Shown here piece by piece: positions 8,656-16,508 of a DNA stretch of 33,500 nt. Origin of the DNA: Streptomycetales bacterium (GTDB lineage: Bacteria; Actinomycetota; Actinomycetes; JBOHCZ01). Below the pieces are notes generated by a model, which saw only the letters and a program-made list of their open reading frames with translations, searched no databases and was not told where the DNA came from. Each line of letters starts with the position of its first letter. Position 1 is the first letter of the stretch. Location: assembly GCA_050699195.1 (NCBI GenBank), contig JBOHCZ010000351.1:1-33500 (forward strand), given 5' to 3'. Position numbers and translations under genes: made by a program.

Positions 8656-9582
8656 GTGGAGCTCCGGCACCTCCGCTACTTCCTGGCTGTTGCGCAGGAG
8701 TTGCACTTCGGGCGGGCCGCCGAGCAGCTGCACATCGTGCAGCCGGCGCTCAGCAAGCAGATCGCGGCGCTCGAGAGGGAAGTCGGCGTGCGGCTGCTCG
8801 AGCGCACGAAGCGCAGCGTGCGGCTGACCCAGGCGGGCGCCGTCTTCCTCGGTGAGGCGCGCCAGGTTCTCGCCCACGCGAACCTGGCGGCCGAGCACGC
8901 GCGGGCCGCCGGTCGGGGAGAGCGTGGCGTTCTCGTCATCGGTTTCATCCCGCCCGCCCTCAACAGCGTGTTGCCGCCGGCGCTGCGCGCCCACCGGCTG
9001 CGGTATCCGGACGTACGGCTGGTGCTGCGCGAGTCGCCGAACCGGGTGGCCGTCGATGGCGTGCTGAGCAGCCAGCTGCACCTGGCCTTCGTGCGGCTGC
9101 CCATCGAGGACACCGCCCTGTGCTGCGAGACCGTGCTCGAGGAACCCGTGATGCTCGCGGTCCCCGACGACCACGAGCTGGCCGATCTCGAGGAGATCCC
9201 GCTGGCCGCGCTCGCCGACGAGGCGTTCGTCATGATCCCGCGCTCCCAGGAGCAGGTGCTCCACGACTACTACATCGCGCTGTGCCTGCAGGCCGGCTTC
9301 AGCCCCCGGATCGTGCACGAGGTCAACCACCTGCTGGTCGCGGTGGGGCTGGTCGCCGGTGGGGTGGGCGTGGCCTTCGTCCCGGCGTCGACCCAGTCGG
9401 TCCTGCGGCCAGGGGTGGTCTACCGGCCCCTCAGGGAACCCACCCCGATGTTCCGGCTCGGAGCGGTGTGGCAGCCCGAGCCGAACCCGGTGGTGAGCGC
9501 CTTCCTGCAGACTCGGCCGTGGCCTCTGCAACAGGATCACCTGCCGGGTCAGCACCCGGACCGGTCCGCGGGACGCGCATGA
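8656..9582 (+). CDS. LysR-family transcriptional regulator (divergent from the hydrolase-LLM operon)
   Basis: Canonical N-terminal wHTH (ELRHLRYFLAVAQELHFGRAAEQLHIVQPALSKQIAALE). The listed ORF begins at a TTG at 8614. GTG at 8656 gives the usual M-E-L-R-H-L-R-Y-F start. Confidence 0.85.
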   Translation: MELRHLRYFLAVAQELHFGRAAEQLHIVQPALSKQIAALEREVGVRLLERTKRSVRLTQAGAVFLGEARQVLAHANLAAEHARAAGRGERGVLVIGFIPPALNSVLPPALRAHRLRYPDVRLVLRESPNRVAVDGVLSSQLHLAFVRLPIEDTALCCETVLEEPVMLAVPDDHELADLEEIPLAALADEAFVMIPRSQEQVLHDYYIALCLQAGFSPRIVHEVNHLLVAVGLVAGGVGVAFVPASTQSVLRPGVVYRPLREPTPMFRLGAVWQPEPNPVVSAFLQTRPWPLQQDHLPGQHPDRSAGRA

Positions 9583-10100
9583 AGACCCTCGTGCATCGTG
9601 CTCCGGAAGAACAGCAGCGGCTGCTTGCTGTCGTCGTGCCAGGACGCCACGACCCGCCCGATGACGATGGCGTGCGTGGGGCTGGCCACCGCGTCGACGA
9701 GCCGGCACTCGAAGACGGCCAGCACGTCACGCAGCAGCGGCGCCCCCACGAGACCGCGGTGGAACGGCACGCCGGAGAACTTGTCCCAGCCCTTGGAAGC
9801 GAAATGCCGGGCGAGATCGCCGCCGGTGGCGGAGAGCACGTTGACGGCGAAGCCCCGGCACCGGCGGATCACGTGCCAGGTGTTGGAGGTCTCGGCTAAG
9901 CACACGATGATCTGCGGCGGGTCCAGGCTCAGCGACGTGAAGGAGTTCACCGTCAGGCCGCAGTCCCCGTCGTGCGCCGAACTCGCCGTCACGACGACGA
10001 CACCGGTCACAAACTGGGCGCACGCCGACCGGAAGGCGATCTCGTCGGTGGGTGGGGGAGATGGTGAAAGCGTGTCCGCTCGTACGGCCGTGGGGCGCAC
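9549..10100 (-). CDS. Flavin reductase family protein (HpaC/RutF-like NAD(P)H:flavin oxidoreductase)
   Basis: FRSACAQFVTGVVVVT...GLTVNSFTSLSLDPP motif. The listed ORF starts at a TTG at 10163; I prefer GTG at 10100 because GAGGAGG sits 6 nt upstream. Its 3' end overlaps the LysR 3' end by 34 nt (convergent). Confidence 0.8.
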   Translation of the reverse strand: MRPTAVRADTLSPSPPPTDEIAFRSACAQFVTGVVVVTASSAHDGDCGLTVNSFTSLSLDPPQIIVCLAETSNTWHVIRRCRGFAVNVLSATGGDLARHFASKGWDKFSGVPFHRGLVGAPLLRDVLAVFECRLVDAVASPTHAIVIGRVVASWHDDSKQPLLFFRSTMHEGLHARPADRSGC

Positions 10101-10197
10101 TGCGGGCCTCCTCAAGCCTGCTCCGATACCCCATTTGTACCCGCCGCGATCGGCTATCGCCAATACAGAGCGGTCCTCGACTGATCGCCGGAGGGCA

Positions 10198-10620
10198 TCA
10201 GGGCTCGACCCGCTCGACCCGCTCGACCTCTACGACACCGTTGTCCGCGTCGATCCGGACCCGGTCCCCGGTCCTGATCACCTCGAGCGGGTCGCGGTCG
10301 AGCCCGGTCACCGCAGGGACGCGGGTGACGACGGCACCCAGGGCCACCTTCGTGGTCAGCACCGTGAAGATCATGCCCAGCGGGGCGCTGCCCATCAGCC
10401 TGGTGCTCTGGAAGAACCCGGACCATCCGGAGGACCCCTTGGCTCCGGGGAAGACCAGGATCCTTCCGGCGAACGACTGCCCGAACAGCTCGTGGCGCCG
10501 CTCGATGATGACGCCCTTCTCCGGGTCGATGCCGCCCCAGCCGGAGATCGTCTCGTAGGACACCAGCGCCTGGCCCTCGGCCACCCCCGGGACGACGGTC
10601 CTGCCGTGCAGGGTGATCAC
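10198..10620 (-). CDS. Aconitase X swivel-domain subunit (DUF126-like, AcnX small subunit)
   Basis: Only the last 140 aa of listed ORF 10198..10884 look real (VITLHGRTVVPGVAEGQALVSYETISGWGGIDPEKGVI...FPGAKGSSGWS...). GTG at 10620 forms a GTGA overlap with the large-subunit stop. Confidence 0.8.
   Translation of the reverse strand: MITLHGRTVVPGVAEGQALVSYETISGWGGIDPEKGVIIERRHELFGQSFAGRILVFPGAKGSSGWSGFFQSTRLMGSAPLGMIFTVLTTKVALGAVVTRVPAVTGLDRDPLEVIRTGDRVRIDADNGVVEVERVERVEP
10204..10230. repeat. 9-bp tandem repeat (CTCGACCCG x2 plus one imperfect copy)
   Basis: Read directly. Encodes the VERVERVEP C-terminus of the AcnX small subunit. Confidence 0.8.
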
Positions 10621-11897
10621 GGCAGGCCTCCACTCCACCGGCCGGTCACGGCCGCGTCGATGCACTCCTCCAGCGAGCCGAACCACGCCTCGATGCCGAG
10701 GATGGCGGGCAGGTAGTGCGCCTGCTTCGCGGAGTCCGTGGCGAACACCCGGGTGCCGGCCGGTGCGGCCCGGGACATCGCGGGACACGAGTCGCTGAGC
10801 ACGCGTCCGCCGGCCCGCTCGATGATCTCGGTGTAGCCGCTGCGGTCGGCCACCGCCTTGAGCGCCCGTGGCACCATGATCCACAGCTCGGTGGCGGGGC
10901 TGAGCCGGCGCCCTTCAAGTGCCCTGGCTGCCCGCCAGACCTGCTCGACGGAGGCGTGCGGGCAGCCCAGCAGCACGAAGTCGACTTCGGCGCTCGAGCC
11001 TTGTGAGTTGAGGTCGTCGTAGACGGCACGGCGTTCGCCCGGCCCGTAGGTGACGGCGGGCGGGACCGGCCTCGCGCCGAAGGCCGCCTCCAGCGTCGGG
11101 GCCTCCGGCGTGATGCCGGGGATGTGGTAGAGCTCGACCCCGCCTGAGGTCGCGGCCGCGGCGCCGAAGTGCTTGAGGTCGGCGAGATCGGGCCGTGCGA
11201 TGTCGCCGGCGACTACGGGGCGCTCCTCCTGCACCAGCCCGCCGGCGAAGTAGCCGAGCATGCCCCACTCCAGGAAGCCCTCGACCGGAACCCCGACGTC
11301 GATCAGGTGGGTGCCGTAGCGGTTCTCCGGCAGGTGGTTGCCCCAGCAGGGGACCTTCCCCGTCAGGCTGGCAGCTCCGGTGGACGCCGTCCCCTCGCAG
11401 TTGGTACGGGCGCCGAGGACGGAGTTGGCGTAGACGACCGCCGACGACTCCATCCACGCGCAGTGCTCCCCACGGACCGGCAGGTTGCCCACCTGGTAGG
11501 GCGTGCAGGTGGCCAGGATGTTCACGCCCCGGCGCCCGTAGAACGCCTCGGCGTCGTCCTGGAGCTGGATCAGCTCCTTCGGGTAGGGTGCCACGCCCTC
11601 CGCGTCGGGACCGAAACCGTGCTGGAGCTGGCAGGTCGGCACCCGCATGGCCGGGATCTCGATGTCGTCGTCGCAGTCCAGGTTGATGACGGCGTACGCC
11701 TTGCTCCAACCACCGGCCTTGACCAGGCGGACCTTCGCCGGGGACGGCTGGGTCATCGTCCCGGCCACGTTGCGCACGTCGCATAGCCGCTCGCAGTCGA
11801 GCGCCTCGCCGTAGCGGACGAGCAGGTCCATCGCCGCAGCGACGGCGGGGCCCTCCACGCCGTCGAGCATGGCCTTCTCCTCGCCGGATAGCTTCAC
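10617..11897 (-). CDS. Aconitase X catalytic-domain subunit (DUF521-like, AcnX large subunit)
   Basis: Last 426 codons of the 1032-aa listed ORF (VKLSGEEKAMLDGVEGPAVAAAMDLLVRYGEAL...ATCTPYQ...GCPHAS...). GTG at 11897 forms a GTGA overlap with the IlvD/Edd stop (11894-11897). The upstream part of the listed ORF is an alternate frame of the IlvD/Edd gene. Confidence 0.8.
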   Translation of the reverse strand: MKLSGEEKAMLDGVEGPAVAAAMDLLVRYGEALDCERLCDVRNVAGTMTQPSPAKVRLVKAGGWSKAYAVINLDCDDDIEIPAMRVPTCQLQHGFGPDAEGVAPYPKELIQLQDDAEAFYGRRGVNILATCTPYQVGNLPVRGEHCAWMESSAVVYANSVLGARTNCEGTASTGAASLTGKVPCWGNHLPENRYGTHLIDVGVPVEGFLEWGMLGYFAGGLVQEERPVVAGDIARPDLADLKHFGAAAATSGGVELYHIPGITPEAPTLEAAFGARPVPPAVTYGPGERRAVYDDLNSQGSSAEVDFVLLGCPHASVEQVWRAARALEGRRLSPATELWIMVPRALKAVADRSGYTEIIERAGGRVLSDSCPAMSRAAPAGTRVFATDSAKQAHYLPAILGIEAWFGSLEECIDAAVTGRWSGGLP

Positions 11898-13597
11898 GGG
11901 CGCGCTCCTCGCTGCTGGTGCTCGCCGGTCGTGAGTACGGCGCCGTCCCGCAGCGGCCGTACGACACGCTGGTAGATGGACAGCCAGCCACGCTCGGTGG
12001 TGTCCGGGGTGAGGGTCAGCCCTGCCCGCCGCCTGGCCAGCTCGTCGTCCGGGACGTCGAGGTCGACGCGGCGGGCGGCGACGTCGATGCGGATGCGGTC
12101 GCCGTCCTCGACCAGCGCCAGCGGCCCTCCGTCCGCCGCCTCGGGGGACACCTCGCCGACGACGATGCCCTTGTTCACAAGGCCGGACAGCTGGCCGTCG
12201 GTCACCACGGCGACCTGCGCGGTGAGGCCCGCACCGTCCAGCTGGAACACCACCCGGGAGGCCATCCCCATGCCGGGGCTGCCCCGGGGGCCGAGACCCC
12301 TGAGCACGACGACCTGGCCGGTTTCGATCTCGCCGTTCTGCAGCCCGTCGACGGCCTCCTCCGGCGAGTTGTAGACCTTCGCCGGCCCGGTGAAATGGAG
12401 TTCCCGATCGTCCGCGACCGCAAGCTTGACGATCCCCGCGGCCGGGGCCAGGCTGCCGCGGACCACCACGATGGTGGGCCGCAGGCCGAGCGGCCGGTCG
12501 ACCGGCCGGATGACCTCGCTGTCCACTGCGCGTACGTCGGACAGGTTCTCGCCGACTGACCGGCCGGTCAGTGTGCGGGCGTCGGTGTGCAGGAGGCCTG
12601 CCAGCTGTTTCATGATGGCGCTGGCACCGCCGGCGGCTTCGAACGCCTCGATGGAGTGCTCGCCGTTGGGCCTGACCGCCGTCAGCAGCGGAGTCTGGTC
12701 GGCGTAGCGCTCGAAGAGCTCGTAGACGTCGACCTCGCACTCCGCCTCCTCGGCGGTGGCCTGCAGGTGCTTCACCGAGTTGATGGAACCGCTGACCGCG
12801 AGCATCACCATGGCGGCGTTCGCGAAGGCTTCGGGTGTGAGCACGTCGCGGGGCTTGGTGTCCGCCAGCACCATCTCCACGATGCGCTGCCCGGCGCGTT
12901 CCACCGCTTCCCACATCCGGGGGCTGTTGGCGAGCACCGGGGTGGTGCCGGGCAGCGCCATACCGAGCGCCTCGCACGCGATGTGCATCGAGTTCGCCGT
13001 ACCCATCCCGGCGCACACACCTGGACCGCGGACGGCGTTCTCGCTCATCTCGGTCAGCTCGGGTAGGCTGATCCGGCCCCTGGCGAAGTGCCCCGCGGCC
13101 AGGAACACGTCCTCGATGTCGCAGTGCCCGCCGCGGTACTCGCCGCACGGCTGGTACCCGCAGGCGACGACGACCGTCGGGATGTTCAGCCGCCCCGCGG
13201 CCATCAGCTGCGCGGGGGCGGTCTTGTCGCACGAGGCCAGGCAGACCATGCCGTCGAGCAGGGCGCCCTCGACGCCGGCCTCGATGTCGTTGACGATCAG
13301 ATCGCGGCTGGCCAGGATGTAGCCGCCACGGTGGCCTGCGCTGTGGATGAAGTCGCTCGGTGCTGTCGTGCGTACCTCGAAGCCCACCCCCCCGGCGCCG
13401 CGGATGGCCTGTTTGGCCCGCCGTGCTATCTCGTCCAGGTGGCTGTAGCAGATCGCCAGATCCGACGACGAGTTCACGACGGCGATCTTGGGTTTCACCA
13501 TGTCCTCGTCGGACAGTCCGAGCGCCCGCCATTGCGCCCGCCGGGTGGCCCACCGCGAGCTGCCGGGCTCGAAGTTGCTGCGCAGCGTCTTCGCCAC
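11894..13597 (-). CDS. IlvD/Edd-family dehydratase (dihydroxy-acid / sugar-acid dehydratase family)
   Basis: 567 aa from GTG at 13597 (VAKTLRSNFEPGS...), with GGAGG 8 nt upstream. Family motifs include LASCDKTAPAQLMAAGRLNIP and PGVCAGMGTANSM (Fe-S cysteines). Confidence 0.85.
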   Translation of the reverse strand: MAKTLRSNFEPGSSRWATRRAQWRALGLSDEDMVKPKIAVVNSSSDLAICYSHLDEIARRAKQAIRGAGGVGFEVRTTAPSDFIHSAGHRGGYILASRDLIVNDIEAGVEGALLDGMVCLASCDKTAPAQLMAAGRLNIPTVVVACGYQPCGEYRGGHCDIEDVFLAAGHFARGRISLPELTEMSENAVRGPGVCAGMGTANSMHIACEALGMALPGTTPVLANSPRMWEAVERAGQRIVEMVLADTKPRDVLTPEAFANAAMVMLAVSGSINSVKHLQATAEEAECEVDVYELFERYADQTPLLTAVRPNGEHSIEAFEAAGGASAIMKQLAGLLHTDARTLTGRSVGENLSDVRAVDSEVIRPVDRPLGLRPTIVVVRGSLAPAAGIVKLAVADDRELHFTGPAKVYNSPEEAVDGLQNGEIETGQVVVLRGLGPRGSPGMGMASRVVFQLDGAGLTAQVAVVTDGQLSGLVNKGIVVGEVSPEAADGGPLALVEDGDRIRIDVAARRVDLDVPDDELARRRAGLTLTPDTTERGWLSIYQRVVRPLRDGAVLTTGEHQQRGARP

Positions 13598-13614
13598 CGT
13601 CAACGCCTCCCGGC

Positions 13615-14910
13615 TCAGTCGAGGTTCGCGCGCAGCCGCGCGCGCAGCTGGGCCGGGTCGACGTCGCGGACGCTCTCCTTGCCGGCCAGGTCGAGCGCGT
13701 GGGCCGCGCCGGCACCCATGGCGGCGCAGGGACCCATCACCCGCACGCTGGACAGCGCCGCGGCGTCCGCGTCGATGCACCGCCCGGCGGCCAGCAGGTT
13801 GTGCGTGCCCGCCGGGATCATGCTGCGCAGCGGGACGTAGTGGACGTGGTCGCCGTCGAAGGTCTCCCAGGTGTAGCCCTCGGCGCGGTCGTGCAGCTCG
13901 ATCGGCCAGGCCGTGCGCGCCACCGCGTCGCCGAACCGGACGCCCGAGCGCACCTCGTCGACGGTCAGCTGGTGCAGCCCCTGGATCCAGCGCGTCTGGC
14001 GGCGGCCCGGGAGCCCGTACGCCCGCACCCGTGCGGCTCCGAACGCCTCGGGGAACTCCGCACGCAGGAACGCGACGACCCGGTCGGCCTGCGCCTTCCC
14101 GTCGAGCCCGGCCTCCGATGCCCGGACGGGGTCGAGCGGGGCCTCGATGTGGGTCATGTTCAGCACAGCGGTGCCGCGGCCGGGGAAGAAGAAGGCCAGC
14201 CCTTCCTGGCGCACCAGCCCGTACTCGGCGGCCTTCGCCCTGGCGCGTTCGGCCAGCGCGCCCGTCTCCGGCTGGTGCGACTCGTCGACGTGCTCGACGA
14301 TGACCTGCTGCGAACCGTAGATCGTCCGCTCAGGGACCCGGCAGGGCTGGCCCGCCTCCCAGCAGAGCGCCGCGTCCCCGGTCGCGTCGACGAAGCCGGT
14401 GGCGGTCACGGTCACGTTGCCGTAGCGCGAGGCCAGCGAGATCGACCGGACACGCCCGTCGGCGACCTCGACCCCCTGGATGACCGCGCCCAGCACGACC
14501 CGCACGCCCAACGCGCGGATGGTGTTCTCCAGCCAACGGCCCAGCGCCACCTCGTCGAAGTAGACCGTCGTCGTGTGGTTGCGCTGGAAGTGCAGGTCCC
14601 CGGCCGCACCGAGATCCCGGAAGATGTCGTCGAAGATGCCGCGGGTCAGCTGCCGGTGTTCCGGAGCGTTCCCGAAGACACCGGCGAACAGCCCGATCAG
14701 GGAGTTGACCATCTGGCCGCCGAGGACGGGGAGCCCGTCCACCAGTACGACGTCACGCCCCAGCCGCGCGGACTCGATCGCGGCCGACATGCCGGCGATC
14801 CCCGCGCCGACGACGCACACGTCGCCGCCGACCTCGTGGACGGGCCCGCCGGCGGGCTTGGTGACGGTGTGAACCGGTACGTCGGTCAGCGGGTGGGGCA
14901 TGGCCGGCAC
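13615..14910 (-). CDS. FAD-dependent oxidoreductase (FAD_oxidored-type)
   Basis: Dinucleotide-binding motif VCVVGAGIAGMSAAIESARLGRDVVLVD...GGQ. GTG at 14910 with GAGAGG 9 nt upstream; ATG at 14901 is an alternative. Confidence 0.8.
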   Translation of the reverse strand: MPAMPHPLTDVPVHTVTKPAGGPVHEVGGDVCVVGAGIAGMSAAIESARLGRDVVLVDGLPVLGGQMVNSLIGLFAGVFGNAPEHRQLTRGIFDDIFRDLGAAGDLHFQRNHTTTVYFDEVALGRWLENTIRALGVRVVLGAVIQGVEVADGRVRSISLASRYGNVTVTATGFVDATGDAALCWEAGQPCRVPERTIYGSQQVIVEHVDESHQPETGALAERARAKAAEYGLVRQEGLAFFFPGRGTAVLNMTHIEAPLDPVRASEAGLDGKAQADRVVAFLRAEFPEAFGAARVRAYGLPGRRQTRWIQGLHQLTVDEVRSGVRFGDAVARTAWPIELHDRAEGYTWETFDGDHVHYVPLRSMIPAGTHNLLAAGRCIDADAAALSSVRVMGPCAAMGAGAAHALDLAGKESVRDVDPAQLRARLRANLD

Positions 14911-14951
14911 GCTACGCGGCCTCTCGCCGGTGCCGGAAACAACGAATTCAG

Positions 14952-15935
14952 CTAACCGGTATCAACGCGGTCGATGGGACGTGATGGAGCCGCCTGTACG
15001 AGGAGCCGGCGCAGCCAGGCGTGCGCCGGGTCGTCCTCGTAGTGGTCGTGCCACCACAGTGCCTCGCTGATGGGCTCCGGCTCGCCGGGGCACTCGAGCA
15101 CCGTGAGGTCCAGCCGGTCGGCGAACCTCGCGGCGAGGCGCTCCTGCATCAGCGCGACCCGGTCGGTACCCGCGATGAAATGCGGCACCGCAAGGTAGCT
15201 CTCCACGCGCACCGCGACCCGCGGCCGGATGCCGAGCAGCCTGAGCTGGCGGGTGATCGGGGCCGCCGAGGGGTGGTCCTGGTCCTGGTGGTAGGGCGCG
15301 ACCCAGGACAAGGCGGCGAGGTCGTCCAGGCCGAGGGTGCCGGGAGTGCCCGTGCCCAGTGCCCGGTTCCCGGTCGACACAACGCACACCCATCGGTCGC
15401 GGAAAAGTTCGACCGAGGAGGTGTCCGGCAGGTGGAAGCGGTTCACCGGCGGGGCCACGATGCCGTCGACGAGGCGGACGGTCTCGGCGTACTCCGTGAC
15501 CAGCGACTCCCTGACCAGCCTCACGTGCAGCCTCGCCTGGGGTGCCGCCGCGTGGACGAGCTGGGACAGCCGCTCGCCCATGACCGCGACGGTGTAGTCG
15601 GCCATCAGCAGGGTGAACTCGCGCTGCGACGTGGCCGGGTCGAAGTGCGTGCTCGCTGCGAACAGCCGCTCGGCTGCCGCGCAAACCGCCTCGACCTGCC
15701 CGGCCAGCTGCGTCGCGAGCGGCGTCAGCAGGTAGCCGCCCTTGCCGCGCACCAGCAGCTCGTCACCGAAATGCCTGCGCAGCCGGGACAGTGCGGCACT
15801 GGCGGCCGGCTGCGTGACTCCGAGACGCCCGGCCGCCCGGGTGACGTTGCGTTCGCGGATAAGCTCCCGCAAGGCGACGAGCAGGTTCAGGTCGAGGTTC
15901 GCCAGGTGTGCGCCAGGACGGTTCGGGCCGCTCAC
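14952..15935 (-). CDS. LysR-family transcriptional regulator embedded in the co-directional array
   Basis: wHTH (LDLNLLVALRELIRERNVTRAAGRLGVTQPAASAALSRLRRHFGDELLVR). GTG at 15935 forms a GTGA overlap with the DinB-like stop (15932-15935). Confidence 0.85.
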   Translation of the reverse strand: MSGPNRPGAHLANLDLNLLVALRELIRERNVTRAAGRLGVTQPAASAALSRLRRHFGDELLVRGKGGYLLTPLATQLAGQVEAVCAAAERLFAASTHFDPATSQREFTLLMADYTVAVMGERLSQLVHAAAPQARLHVRLVRESLVTEYAETVRLVDGIVAPPVNRFHLPDTSSVELFRDRWVCVVSTGNRALGTGTPGTLGLDDLAALSWVAPYHQDQDHPSAAPITRQLRLLGIRPRVAVRVESYLAVPHFIAGTDRVALMQERLAARFADRLDLTVLECPGEPEPISEALWWHDHYEDDPAHAWLRRLLVQAAPSRPIDRVDTG

Positions 15936-16447
15936 CGGATGCCGTCCCCCTCCGGGTGCCGGAGGTGACCCGCCTGGTCCGCCAGCAGCAGGTCCCGGGT
16001 GATCTCCAGCTGGCCGTGATGCTGGGCAAGCTCCTCGAACACGTGCAGGAGGGCGGCCCCCCGGCGCAGGCTGATGGGGGTGCCGGCGTACCGCGCGGGC
16101 GGGGCGTCAGTCAGCGGCTCGTCACACAGCAGGGCGTCCGGGCCGCCTTGCCGAAGATCGTCGCGCAGCCGCCGCCTGGCGGCGGTGACCCGGTCGCTCA
16201 GCCCGGCGACCGGCCCGGCCGCGGCGAACTCGGCGTCGCGGTCACGTTCGACCGGCCGTCCGGCGACGAGCTGCCCGGCCCAGTAGTCCATGACCCCCAG
16301 GCAGTGCGTCAGGATCGCGTAGGGGGAGTTCGCGCCGGGCAGCGGCGGACGCCGGTTGGCCCGCTCGTCACCGAGGTCCGTGACGATCTTCACCATGCCG
16401 TCGAGGGCACGGTCCACGAGGTGGAGGTAGTCGTCGGTGCTGATCAC
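15932..16447 (-). CDS. DinB/DUF664-like four-helix-bundle protein (mycothiol-transferase-like family)
   Basis: 171 aa. DinB-like pattern (DRALDGMVKIVTDL...ANSPYAILTHCLGVMDYWAG...). GTG start with GGAG 6 nt upstream. Confidence 0.65.
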   Translation of the reverse strand: MISTDDYLHLVDRALDGMVKIVTDLGDERANRRPPLPGANSPYAILTHCLGVMDYWAGQLVAGRPVERDRDAEFAAAGPVAGLSDRVTAARRRLRDDLRQGGPDALLCDEPLTDAPPARYAGTPISLRRGAALLHVFEELAQHHGQLEITRDLLLADQAGHLRHPEGDGIR

Positions 16448-16508
16448 TGCGGCTCCGCATCGATACCGGCCGGGACCCCTCTCCCCGATCCGGGGCAGCC
16501 TCGGGCGT

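Noticed and set aside
11898-13715. Upstream ~600 codons of the 1032-aa minus-strand ORF 10617..13715
   Set aside because: This part is an alternate frame of the IlvD/Edd gene on the same strand and is Arg/Gly/Pro-rich. Family similarity (AcnX catalytic domain) begins only at the GTG at 11897, which overlaps the IlvD stop.
15932-16447. DinB-like protein as the missing mycothiol-dependent maleylpyruvate isomerase of the gentisate module at 1-1473
   Set aside because: The fold family is compatible. However, the gene is about 14 kb away, on the other strand, and translationally coupled to a different operon. The isomerase may simply lie upstream of the window.
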